Assembly: GCF_004010195.1 (NCBI RefSeq)
Contig: NC_057750.1
Span: forward strand, 2,796,112 to 2,860,111
Reading direction: 5' to 3'
From: Chiloscyllium plagiosum
Taxonomy: Eukaryota
Length of the DNA: 64,000 bases
In this document: positions 1 to 11,675 of the stretch, piece by piece
Numbering within the stretch: the stretch's first letter is position 1
Layout of the letters: each line of letters opens with the position of its first letter
The notes under the pieces: generated by a model
Told to the model about the DNA's origin: nothing
The model's input: the letters and a program-made list of their open reading frames with translations, nothing else
Database searches by the model: none
Made by a program: the position numbers and the translations under genes

Positions 1-322
1 TCCATTAGGCAAGGAGACTAGGACCCGTGGACACAGCCTTAGAAATTAGAGGGGGTAAATTCAGAACAGAAATGCGGAGACATTTCTTCAGCCAGAGAGT
101 GGTGGGCCTGTGGAATTCATTGCCGCAGAGTGCAGTGGAAGCCGGGACGCTAAATGTCTTCAAGGCAGAGATTGATAAATTCTTGATGTCACAAGGAATT
201 AAGGGCTACGGGGAGAACGCGGGTAAGTGGAGTTGAAATGCCCATCAGCCATGATTGAATGGCGGAGTGGACTCGATGGGCTGAATGGCCTTACTTCCGC
301 TCCTATGTCTTATGGTCTTATG
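1..322 (+). mobile_element. CR1-clade LINE 3' end, cut by window edge
   Basis: FFSQRVVGLWNSLPQSAVEAGTLNVFKAEIDKFL is the CR1 ORF2 C-terminus; short tandem tail tcttatggtcttatgg. Confidence 0.9.
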
Positions 323-524
323 GAAAGGGCTTCATGAGAGTGTCAGTCAGACAACGTTAGATGCTGAGCCACAATGAAGCGCAGGCACCTAAAAGCTGAG
401 CCCAAGATTTCAGGTTTAAGGAGCATCTTAAAGGAGGCAATCAGAAGAGAGGTTTAAGGAGGACATTCCAGGCTTGAGGCCTAGGTAGCTGAAAGCAAGG
501 AGACTACTGAGATAGACCGGGGTT

Positions 525-798
525 ATAGAATACTCACAGAACCCCTCCAGTGAGAAAGCAGGCCATTCAAGTCCACATCAACTCTCCAAAGAGCATCCCA
601 ACCCAGACTCATCCCTCTGTCCTATCCCTGTAACCCTGCAATTCCCATGGCCACTCCACCCTAACCTGTGCATCTTTGGACTGTGGGAGGAAACCCCCAC
701 AGACACAGGGAGAATGTGCAAACTCCACACAGACAGCGGGAATCAAACCTGAATCCCTGGCACTTGAAGCAGCAGTGCTAACCACTGAGCCACCGTGC
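525..798 (-). mobile_element. HE1-type tRNA-derived SINE
   Basis: Reverse complement of cacggtggctcagtggttagcactgctgc head plus V-domain-like body and LINE-like tail. Confidence 0.85.
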
Positions 799-1524
799 TG
801 CAGCTGAGGAGACTGAGAGGGGATATGATTTACATGTATAAAATTATGAGGAGCATAGGGAGTGGATATAAATTCAAAGTAAGATGCAGAACATTCAGAG
901 GGAATGTGAGGAAAGTCTTTTTCACTCACGAGGGTGGAGGGAATCTGGAACTCAGTGTCTGTAAGGGCAGGAGGGGCAGGAACCCTCATCACATTTGGGA
1001 AGTATTTAGTCATCAACTCACAATGCCAATTAACAATGATCATCATTAGATTATTAATTCCAGATTTTTGAAAAATTGAATTCAAATTCCACCACAGCAG
1101 ATTTCAAACCTGCCATCCTTTTGAACATTACCAAGGTCTCTGATCCCAATGATGTTCTCACTCGGCCATTGCCTCTCCCAGTGAGTCCCCAGTGCACTCC
1201 CTCCATGGCAAGTATATCCTCTCTCAGGCAGGGAAACCAAACCTGCACTCAGTACTCCAGGTGTGGTCTCACCAGGGCCCTGGATTGTGCACTGAGTTAT
1301 CCCTACATCCGCAGGCAGATTCTCTTGCAGTGAAGGCTCACGGACCATTTGCCTTCCTAACTGCATGCAGCACCTGCCTGTGTACTGGCCATAATCATAT
1401 TGCTGTTAGTGGGATTTTGCTGTGCACACCTTCCTATGTTGCAATGACCACATTTCAACCACTTCATTGACTGCGAAGCTGATTGGATTGTCTTGGACAT
1501 AGAGATTAATTGTCCTATCATTTG

Positions 1525-2085
1525 GCTGTGCCACTTTGTGCTCACAATATTCGAAAGACGCACCAACACCAGCATTCTCGACCAGACCAACATCCCCAGC
1601 ATCGCAGCACTAACCACCCTCGATTGGCTACACTGGGCTGGGCACATTGTCCATGTGACTGAGATAAGACTACTTGAGCAGGTGCTCTATTCCCAGCTCC
1701 AAAACAGCAGTTGATCCCCAGGTGGGACAGAGGAAGTGCTGCAGGGATACCCTCGAGGCCTCACTGGGGAAGTGCAGCATTCCTACTGACACCTGGCAGC
1801 CAGTTTCCCAAGACCGTCTAAAGTGAGGGAAGAGCATTTGGGAAGGTGTTGAGCATCTCCAGACTTACCTTCGGGAGAAATGGAAGCCAGGCAAAAGCAG
1901 TGAAAGGAGTTTGCTACCACGCCAATGTCCCACCCAGCCCTTTCCATGACCACCTCCTGCCCCAAGTGTAGCTGAGCCTGTGGCTGCACCATTGGTCTGT
2001 ACAGCCACTTATGGACTCATCCTGAGTGTGGAAGAGACTCATTCTCATCTGTGAGGGACCGCCAATGATGATGATATTGATGATG
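1525..2085 (+). mobile_element. RTE-clade LINE 3' fragment, decayed
   Basis: NTSILDQTNIPSI...LHWAGHIVHV..RLLEQVLYSQL followed by a GGQRK-like motif and an (atg)n tail are typical of the RTE ORF end. Confidence 0.8.
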
Positions 2086-2144
2086 AGAACTTAACAAACC
2101 ATTTCAAAATGTGACTGAATCCCAATGGGACACAAGACAAGATG

Positions 2145-4698
2145 CTGTTTTTCTTTGCTTGAACTTTTATTGGAAAATTATTTTACAAAAATTAATCTTC
2201 CAAAACGAACAGTCTTTAAAAAAAAAGAAATCTATATTCTACAAAATGAAATGATCTATGTACAAAACATCACTGTACAAGGCTCTGGGACACAGCAGCC
2301 TTCCTTTCCCCCATTCAGCGGATTGTTGTCACTCGGGGTGGGTCCCATCAGCTTCTCAAAATCACGGGACCCCTTGGCATGCTGGGAGCATGTGTTCATG
2401 ACTGGGGCTGAAATTCATGTCAAGTGAAGTGGCAAAGCCCCTATTGAAACTCAGTGGGAATGGGAGTCGGGTGGTGGAGAGAAAGGGGGTGCAAAAGGCA
2501 CCGGGTTCTCTACTGTCTGTTCTACATGCCCCCCCACCCAGGATGAAAGTTGCCTCCCCTCATCACCCCAGACCACGTGCCCTGATGTATCTGCATTGAG
2601 AGTGTTCAGAAGCCAGAAGAGCAGCACCCCCAGGGTTGTGACTTCACCCATCTCCCCACATGGCTCAGCATTCAGAAAATGCACCTTCTCGTTTTCAAGT
2701 TGCAAGGGAACAGAAAGATCCCAGGTTCGAAGCTCAGGGTCCAACTGCATCGCGTTGGCTCAGTCAGAGTAGTCTGGGGGTTTCTTTGGAGAGGTAGTGG
2801 GGGGGGACTGTTGCAGGCAACTTCAGTGACCCCCCCACCTCCCAAGTCCAGGAATGGGGGAGGGTGATTACATTGGGCAAGAAACACAGTCCAGAGTCTC
2901 CACACTTGATCACCAGGCTCAGGCACCTTGTGGTCAAGTGACTCATTACCTGACTGCGCAGATTGGCCGCTCACTATCCTCCAGTGCAGTACTTCAGCAG
3001 CTGCACGATGCAGGGAGGTTGAGAAGTTGAGCAGACTGTTTGAAGTGTGGCAGGGTCAGGCTTGCAAAACGAACCTGAATTTCCCTGCGCCGCTTGCCCC
3101 TTTTGAAGGCAGTGAAGGGGCAAAGATTTAATGGAACACAAGTCTTTCTTGCCCCTTTCCCTGTCGCGTTCCCCCGCCCCCCCCTCCCCAAATCACTGCT
3201 ACTGGCCCAGATTGAACACAGGTTTCCTCAAACTGTTCTGTTTGATTCACCTAAAGCCCCAGTTGGTCTTTCGAACTAAACAAGGACTCAAACTGAAAAA
3301 AAAAGTCCACACAGTAATAAATAGTTTAGAAGCCTGTTTGATGCAAAGTAATCACAAAACACTTGGCTTTCCTGTACACGGTGCACCAAAAGAGACAGGA
3401 CAAAGCAAGGAATCGACTCCGCCAGAATTCATCCCTGAGGTGACTCTGAGCGACTGATATTCAGCTCATGGATCCAGCTGTTGCACAGCTATTGCTACAT
3501 GTTTCACAAAACCTTTCCTTTTCCCTAAAAAGTGCTCGTTATCACTGCCCTGATATTAAGGAATCGATTTTACAAAGACACACTCCATGTGGTGGTGGGG
3601 GGAGGGGGGTGGAGTTGGATAAGGGGACATAGTCTGTGACATGTGCAGCTAAGATTATCTTGATAGCTACTAGGAGTGGACATCTGGAAATCCACTCTCG
3701 TGTCCATTTTAATGGGGCTCAAACCCCCCACCCCACCTCTACCCCCAAAATCGAGCACCTTCAAGCGACAGGGCGCCTGACTCTTCACTCTGGCACATTG
3801 CTCTCAATTTGTATTTTTCCCCGAACTTCGGATTAAATGTTCAGAAACGGTCCTGGAGAGTGAGGCTTGGTAACAGAAATTGGCAGGACAAGTTGGTTGT
3901 TTTGGTGACAGAATGTATCTCTCTCAGGAGCTCACACAAGGGGAGACCCTCGATCCCAAGGGAGATACAATCCACCAATTAGAACGTGCCGAACAATGGT
4001 CCAACCAATCTCTGAAGGATTCGCCCGAGTTAACGTCCACCACAAGGAGAGCTACAGACAAGTCTGGGTCTATAAATGCAAACTGGAAAAGTGGTTAAAT
4101 CCCCTCCATGAAACCGCATGGTACAGTACTTAAAGATCTAAGTGCAAAGCTGATGTCGTATTGTAATCTCAACAATGGAGGGAGAGTCTCATCTGGTTTT
4201 AACCCCCGAACTCCAGATGGAATGGGCAGTGCTAGGACCATCCTGTAACCTTTCAACCCAAGTCCTCCCCTATGTCTCTAACTGACACCCCACCCCTCAC
4301 CTCAGGTTCATGGTCCAGGGGAACCCCACCCTCCTGAAACTAGGGGCAGTGGTGAAGGTATATCCTGATTTTGGTCCGAGGATCAGGAGGCTCTGCTCTG
4401 CAGGGTTTCCAGGGAGCTCAAGGATATTTTGGATCGGGAAAAGCACAGGAAGAGCTTTCTGTTGCAGACCAGCCGACCTCCCGACCAAAAGGGATTACAG
4501 TAACTGCTGATCACTCCAACAAGATTATCTACATCTCGGCCCTGAAAAGTCAAGTCAATCTTTTTATCTCGCTCTCTTCTTTCTTTCATCACATCCGTCC
4601 AGCGGAGTCAAAAAGTTTTCAGAGGGGGCCTTCCAAATTCTTTTTCCAGTGGTCCCCTCAGGGATTGGCCGAGTGGCCCTTCCCCAGCTCCTGAGAGT
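2145..4698 (-). other. bbc3: bbc3 3'UTR (about 2.5 kb)
   Basis: Follows the stop codon, contains no recognisable SINE or LINE although both flanks are repeat-rich, and has a U-rich terminal block leading to AATAAA. Confidence 0.8.
2166..2171 (-). terminator. Polyadenylation signal AATAAA
   Basis: Minus strand reads ...aataattttccAATAAAagttcaagc, with upstream UGUA/U-rich tracts and a downstream GU-rich element (tcttgtcttgtgtc). Confidence 0.8.
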
Positions 4699-4800
4699 TC
4701 ATCTCCACCGAGGCATGCGGAAGATGGCCATAGTGTGCATGAAGAAGTTGAGAAAGGTCCAGTACCAGACTGGCCAACGCCTTCGGTCCCACTCCTCAAC
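4699..4800 (-). CDS. bbc3: bbc3 last coding exon: VEEWDRRRWPVWYWTFLNFFMHTMAIFRMPRWR*
   Basis: Acceptor tgctgtctttgatgttccag|GTT is phase 0; 33 codons then TGA. Basic cluster, hydrophobic segment and basic end match a PUMA-type membrane-targeting tail. Runs straight into a repeat-free UTR. Absent from the ORF track because it is short. Confidence 0.88.
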   Translation of the reverse strand, partial: VEEWDRRRWPVWYWTFLNFFMHTMAIFRMPRWR

Positions 4801-6129
4801 CTGGAACATCAAAGACAGCAACGTCATTGGAAAGAATACTTACACCTTCACTTCCTTTGGCAAACCCATTCACTGAGACACAACAACCATGAATTTCCAA
4901 TTGTTGACACAAAACTTAAGAAATATCGAAAATAGGAACAGGAGTAGGCCATTCGGCCCTTCAAGCCTGCTCTGCCATTCATTATTGTCATGGCTGATCA
5001 TCTGACTCAGTCCCCTGTTCCGACTTTCTCCCCATACCCTGAGATCACCCCTCATTCTTCCAAACTGCAGTCAATATCATCCTAACTGATCCAGTCTCTC
5101 TTTATACCTCAATCCCACCATCCCAGTCTGGTAATCTCTCCACATTATTAAAATCTTACTGTCTTCAATACTTGCTTTTTGTTGCCAAAACCTTGTGTCA
5201 CATTTCTTTCTCTCAGAATTTACCATCATTAATGGCTCCTCTCGATAATTTCCTGTTCAGTTTGCTATGTCAACAGTCACGGTGTACTTTCTGTCCCTAG
5301 GCACTAGGTGTCTCTGTGAAGCTCATACGGCTGATTTCAATTTCCTTTCTATTCTGTTTATACATCAAATGTTCAAGGCAAAGGTTACAAGTTATTACCA
5401 AAACATTCAAATGTTATTAAAATACTCCAGGGAACTTAGATGAACTTATATTCGGGACATGTTCAGACAAATATTACATTGCCAGCAGAGTAAACACTGT
5501 GAATATAAGATTTTTTTTTACTCCCTCACACACTGTAACTCAATGTCAAAACCAGCTGCCCATCCTGTGGGTGAGTTTTACTCACTGCGATGTTCAGAAT
5601 GAACAGATTCACTGCGTGAACATTCTCTGGAGAAGATTCCTGGTCACTAGACTGGTTCACAGACAAGCAATATCTCTGTTTTAAAATTCTCAGTCTAGTT
5701 TTCAAATCTCTCTTATCCCTCCCTATCCAGCCTTAAAACCCTCCAGGTCTCATCCAGTTCCTACTTCTTGTCCTTTCCCTGATTTTAATTATTCCACCAT
5801 TGGCACCCAATCTTGCAGCCACTTCCCTTCCTAACCCTCTCTGCCCTTCTCCCTCCTCCTTCAATGCTAATGTAAAACTCTGATCACGGCAAACTTGATC
5901 TGATAACTTGCCCGAGAACCACGTTACGAGGTTAAAGATGCTATTCGAATGCAATGTGTTGTTGAATCGTTGCATTTCTGTGCAGTGTATACATGAGGCA
6001 CTGTCCAGCTCGCTATTTGGAGAACAAAACATCAGGTCAGATTTTAGTGGGGACAGCTTGTTTCTCTATCACTCTGCTCCCAGCAGCACACATCAGCCTA
6101 TCCCCTGCTTCACTCAGCAGTTCCCAGCA

Positions 6130-6875
6130 ACACCATGGCCCAGTGGTTAGCACTGCTGCCTCACAGCACCAGGGACCCAGGTTCAATTCCAGGCTTGGGT
6201 GACTGTGTGAAATTTGCATGTTCTGCCATGTGCCTACATGGATTTCATCCCACAGTTCAAAGATGTGCAGGTGAGGTGGATTAGCCCATGGCAAATGCTG
6301 GGTCATGGGGTTAGGGTGGGGAAACTGGATCTGGGTGGGATGCAGACTTGAAGGGCCAAATAGCCTTTTTCCGCATTGTATCATAAGGAACAGGAGGTGG
6401 CCATCTGGCCCCTTGAGCCCGCTCCCCCCATGGCTGATCTTTATCATGGACCCAGCTCCACTTACCCGCCTGCTCACCATAAACCTTCATTCCTTTATTG
6501 TTCAAAAATCTCTCTTTGCCTTAAAAACATTCAACGAGGAAGCCTCAGCTATTTCCCTGGGCGGGGAATTCCACAGATTCACAACCCTCTGGGTGAAGAA
6601 GTTCCTCCTCAGCTTAGTCTGAAATCTGCTCCCCCTTATTTTGAGGCAATGCCCCCTAGTTTCACCCTCCAGTGGAAATAACCTCCCTGCTTCTCTCTTA
6701 TCTATTCCCTTCATCATTTTATGTTTCTGTAAGATTCTCTCCCCCTCCCCCACCCATTCTTGTAAATCCCAATAAGAAAAGTCCCAACCTCTCCTCATAA
6801 ACCACCCCCGTCAACTCTAGAAACAACCCGGTGAACCCCTCCAGTGCCTTTCTCAAGTAAGGAGACCGAAACTCT
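6130..6875. mobile_element. HE1-type SINE (+, about 6130-6380) tail-to-tail with CR1 LINE 3' fragment (-, about 6381-6875)
   Basis: SINE head cagtggttagcactgctgcctcacagc; LINE peptide TRGHCLKIRGSRFQTKLRRNFFTQRVVNLWN. Confidence 0.85.
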
Positions 6876-8309
6876 GGGGATTCTAAACTAAAACTTCCAA
6901 GAGAAAGCAATTCTTTTGAGTATTTGTTATGGTTTGACACAATGGGAGGGACTGTGCATTTAAAGATGTTTAAATTGCACAGAAGGCTGGCAGAGTGGGG
7001 GTAGAGAGGGAACTCAACTCCTGAACCGCAAACTACCAGCCGCCTGCTTCTTGTGATGACAATCAATTTGTTTATGAGCGAAAGGCTGGGCTGCATTGGA
7101 TTGGGCCGGTGCCTAGAGGCAAGCAAGTGGAGAGGGAGTCACGAGACAATCAGGCAGCTGCCCAGTGAGTCAGAGACTAAAAATAAACCCATGTATATAG
7201 AGAGTTAACCAGGTCAAAAGCAGCATAGCTCGTAAAACTACCTAGCACAGAGAACGGCGAGGCACAGCGCTCACAACTCCAGCACAAACAGAAACGTACA
7301 TTTCTGTAGCGCCTTTGGCAAGACATTGGCCCAAGGTGTTTTCACAGAAGTTTTAACCAAGCAGACACAAAGATATGGGGAGATACTGGCATTGAAAGCT
7401 TGCTCAAAGAGCTGGGTTTTCAGCTGCACCTTTACGGAGGAGAGAGAGGAAGATTTATTCTGACACTCCAGGCACAGCCTTGCCCCTGATGTAAAGGGTC
7501 GTGTAACACTATCTCACAGAGGGTTGGGGGGGTGGGGGGGAAGAAACCCCAAACCCCCTCAGCCTCCTGATCAATCCCTAAACCAGCATCGCATGAACAA
7601 ATTACCCAAGCCTTTTCTGACATTTCAGCTTGTGGGATCTTGCTGTGTACAACTTGGCTGCCGCATTTCCTATGAGAGCAGTGCCGACCCTTCAGAGAAG
7701 TGCCTCACGAAGCTGAGAAGCTCTTTGAGGCAGCAAAAGGCGATACAGAAATGCAACTCCTTATTTCCTGGCATTCCGCAATTTTGCTCGGCACAGGGAG
7801 GTTATTTTACATTTAACTCACATCGGAGCTGATTTTAAAGCTTATTTATCAAGATACTACAGACTTATCAGATTTTGTTTGTGCAGGGCCTGAGGCACAG
7901 TCTGCGTGAACCCAGCTACACTTCAGATTTTCAATTTAGTTGTCGCTGTCAGAGATCGGTCCAAGGGAATTCTACGGGGAATGGGAATTCTTGTACAGAT
8001 CTGTGTATCCAAGATGCATGAACAGTAGGAAGCACATCAAATTATTCCATTCCTATGCCGTTTCATTCCAGGGTCTCTCAAAATGGCTTAAAGCTCCCAA
8101 CAATTGCAATTACTTGAGGATTTTTTAACCAATCCATTCCACGGTCTAATCCCACTCCACGTTTTCTGTTCTACCATTCAAGGATCAGGGAGGTGAGTCA
8201 AGAGTTAAGGATTTGGATGCATAATCCAGACTAGAATTGCAGTATGTGTTGTGGGAGGGTGGGGAATTGTCAACTGTGCTCAAAGGCTGGAACGAAGATG
8301 AAAAATAAG

Positions 8310-8805
8310 GAATGGACCGTTCAGGGAGGTTGGAGCTGTACAGGACCTTGGTGAGGCCACAGCTGGAGTATTGTGTGCAGTTCTGGTCTCCGCACCACAG
8401 GGTGGGTGCAGAGGAGATTCACCAGGATGCTGGGATGGAACATTAAGCAGGGAAGGGGGATTGAGGTGTGTAAAATGATTAGGGGCATGGACATGGTGGA
8501 CAGGAAGCAGCTCAGTTGAAGGGTCAGTAACCATTTTAAAGTGGAAGGTAGGAGGTTTAGAGGGAATTTGAGGAAAGTGTTTTTTTAGCCAGACGGTGGC
8601 GGGGGTCTGGAATGCACTGCCTGGGAGGGGTGTTGAGGTGGGAAACCTCACAGTGTTTAAAAAGCACTTGCAGTGTCATAGCATTCAAGGCTGTGGGCCA
8701 AATGGAACTGGTGTAGATTTCAGGTTAAATCGCAGGATTAGCCTTGATCATATTGAATGGAGAAGCAGACTTGATGGGCTGAACGGCCTTTTCTGTACCG
8801 TCTGA
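8310..8805 (+). mobile_element. Decayed CR1 LINE 3' fragment
   Basis: LVRPQLEYCVQFWSP-like and GVWNALPGRGVEVG motifs. Confidence 0.8.
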
Positions 8806-9504
8806 TTCTTTTAGCCTATTGAGCTTGCTCCACCATTCGATACAATTGAGGCTGATCACATGGCTTCACTCCACGTTCCCCACCACTACCCATCTCCCTC
8901 AGTTCCTCAGAAGACCAAATATCTCTCTGAAGCCCAGTCATAAAATGTATTCAACACAACAAATACTGGAGATCACAGCGGGTCAGGCAGCACCCGTGGA
9001 GAGAGAGCAAACTAATGTTTCACATCTCGATAATTCTTCAAAGAAGAGTCACCTAGACTCTTAGTTTGCTCTCCCTCCGCGGATGCTGCCTGACCCACTG
9101 TGATCTCTAGCAGTTGCTGCTCTCAGTACAGATTCCAACGTCTACAGCAATTTGCTCCGACCTTAAATACATTCAACAATGAAGCACAAGCAGTCCTCCG
9201 GATAGAGAATTCCGACATTTCACAACCCGTTTTGAGTGAAGATATTTCTCCCTAATTTCAATCAAATGGCAGGGAAGGTGAATCTTTGAAAAGATCCCAC
9301 GACACGTTATCTTGGAGGGACATAAAGTGGGGTGTTTTTCCCGATATCCTGACCCACATCCGTCAATTCAGCTGGAGTTGAGATTGGGTAAAGAGACAGA
9401 GATTGGAGACAGCTGGAGGAGGTTGGGTAACTCAAATTGGCCTCAGCACCCCGAGAGAAGTGAGGTGAGGGGGTGGTGATGGCAAGGAAGGGACAATTTA
9501 AAGG

Positions 9505-9985
9505 GGAGGCAATGGCTTAGTGGTATTATCGCTGGACTGTTAATCCAGCGACCCAGGTAATATTCTGGGGACCCAGGTTCAAATCCCACCAAGGCAGATG
9601 GTGGAATTTGAATTCAAGAAAAAAAATCTAGGACTCAATGGGTCAAATGGCCTATTTCCACAGTGCATGGATTCTGTGACGACCCATGAATTGACCATTG
9701 AAAAAAACACATCTGGCTCACTAATGTTGTTTAGGGAAGGAAACTGCCACCCTTACTGAATCTAGAGATGTACAGCATGGAAACAAACCCTTCGGTCCAA
9801 CCCGTCCATGCCAACCAAATATCCCAACCCAATCTAGTCCAGCACCCAGCCCATATCCCTCCAAACCCTTCCTATTCATATACCCAACCAAATGCCTTTT
9901 AAATGTTGCCCTCTGGGTAATTAGGGATGGGCAAAAAAGCTACCTAGCCAATGATGCCCTCATCCCATGGATGAATAAAGGAAAT
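9505..9985 (+). mobile_element. Second tRNA-derived SINE family ('family B'), interrupted by a CR1 tail at about 9765-9910
   Basis: Head atggcttagtggtattatc...ggttcaaatccc (A/B-box-like) and tail ttagggatgggcaa...catcccatggatgaataa. Other copies at about 10590-10880(-), 13000-13345, 30445-30750, 49425-49750(-), 51845-52300 and 55143-55605. Confidence 0.8.
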
Positions 9986-11030
9986 CCATGCAGTCTCCCA
10001 ATGTGGAAGAAAGCAGTCATCGACCAAGGAACGCAGTCTTGGACTCGGCAGTGATGCTCCTCACACTTCAATAGCCAGGCACATCCCAGAGGTTCACACA
10101 GGCACAAGGGTGGACCGCTGTGGGTGAGGAACTGGAGAGAGAGGGGAACACTGAGTCCCGAATCGCTGGCTCTGTCAGTGCTCTGTGTGTGTCATTATAG
10201 AGAAAACATCAAGACACAACAATCTTCTTTAATCCGAAACCACATCCCAAAATAAACCGACTTGTTTTTATGGTGCATGTGGATTTTCAAAGAAAAAAAA
10301 TGGAAGTTGCGTCAGAGGTGGAGTAAAGTTGTATTTGTTTTTATGTCCTAGTCATCTCAAGCACCCTGCAGGAGTGTTCAGTGGCCTGTAAGTTGGCATC
10401 TCTTTTGTAATTCAAATCAGTGCAAAACATTCAGGGTCCCCCCGATGCCTCTCAGTTACTGAAGGTGGTGATTGTTCTACTAAATAATCTATGACATTAC
10501 TGATTATGAAACTGAAAGCTAGGCAGGAGGGGCTGGACCTGGGTTTATCAAAGTGTCCCCATCTCTGCCATTTTTCCTTTTATTGGTTAATGGGAAATGG
10601 ATGTTTCTGGCTGGGTGATTATTTATTGCATATTCCTAATTACCTTGGGGGAAGTGCTGGTGAGCTTTCTTTCCTGAATCTCTTCAGGGTATAGGTGCAC
10701 GCACAATGTCCTTAGGGAGGGAATTCCAGGATTCTGACCCAGCAACACTGAAGGAACGGCGATTTATTTCCAAGTCGGGACAGTGAGAGGCCTGGAGGGG
10801 AACTTGCAGGGGGTGGTGTTCCCATCTGCCTGCTGCTCTCATCCTTTGAGATGGAGTAATGGTGGTGGGTTTGGAAGGTGCTGTTGGATAACCTTTAGCA
10901 AGTTACACTGCCTGTACTGCAAAATGAGACTGACTGTCACAGCAAACAATGTCACGGCTACAGGTGAATTCAGGAACTACAGGTCATGGGCAAAACTCAC
11001 CAAACCATCCAGAACTAATGTGGTCTGCAA

Positions 11031-11141
11031 CACACACAGACACAGACACACACCGAGACACACACACAGACACGCAGACGCACACACACACAGAGACACG
11101 CAAACAGACACAGACGCACATACACAGAGACACACACAGAC
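11031..11141. repeat. Compound (CA)/(CAGA) microsatellite
   Basis: Direct reading. Confidence 0.95.
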
Positions 11142-11404
11142 TGACAAGTGCTAGGAGAGCAGACAGCAGATAGTCCCTCCATGGGGAATATTACACCTCC
11201 TGCCTCACACCAGCCTTAAATCACAGAAACTAGCTCATTGACTGGCCCTAGCTGAAATCAGGTCATTTGGCAAACTGAGGACTATTAAGACTTGCATTTC
11301 TGTAGCACCTTTCACAACGTCAGATGCCCCACAGCACATTACAGTCATTGAAATACTCTTTGAAGTGTAGTCATGTTGTAATGAAGGAAAAGGCAGCAAT
11401 CATT

Positions 11405-11675
11405 TTCGTAGAATTTCACGGAATCAGCTCATCGAGTCCACACCAACCCTCCGAACAGCATCCCACCCCATCCCTGTAATCCTGCATTTCCCCATAGCTA
11501 ACCCATCTCACCTGCACACCCCTACACACTATGGGGCAATTTCCCATGGCCAATCCACCCTAACCTGCACATCTCTGGACTGTGGGAGGAAACCGGAGCA
11601 CCCGGAGGAAACCCACACAGACAGTCACCCGAGGCTGGAATCGAACCCGGGTCCCTCGTGATGTGAGGCAGCAAA
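11405..11675 (-). mobile_element. HE1-type SINE
   Basis: Shares ggaggaaaccggagcacccggaggaaacccac with the other copies. Confidence 0.85.

Noticed and set aside
7010..7126. RHRPNPMQPSLSLINKLIV resembling the human PUMA tail, as last exon
   Set aside because: The adjacent acceptor gives this frame only in phase 2, but the BH3 exon donor is phase 0; the 4800-4699 exon fits phase, composition and UTR.
11001..11024. Possible 24-nt cassette exon (ttgcag|ACC...TTG|gtgagt) on minus strand in intron 3
   Set aside because: Frame-preserving, but the acceptor tract is a TG microsatellite and there is no homology support; would need RNA-seq.
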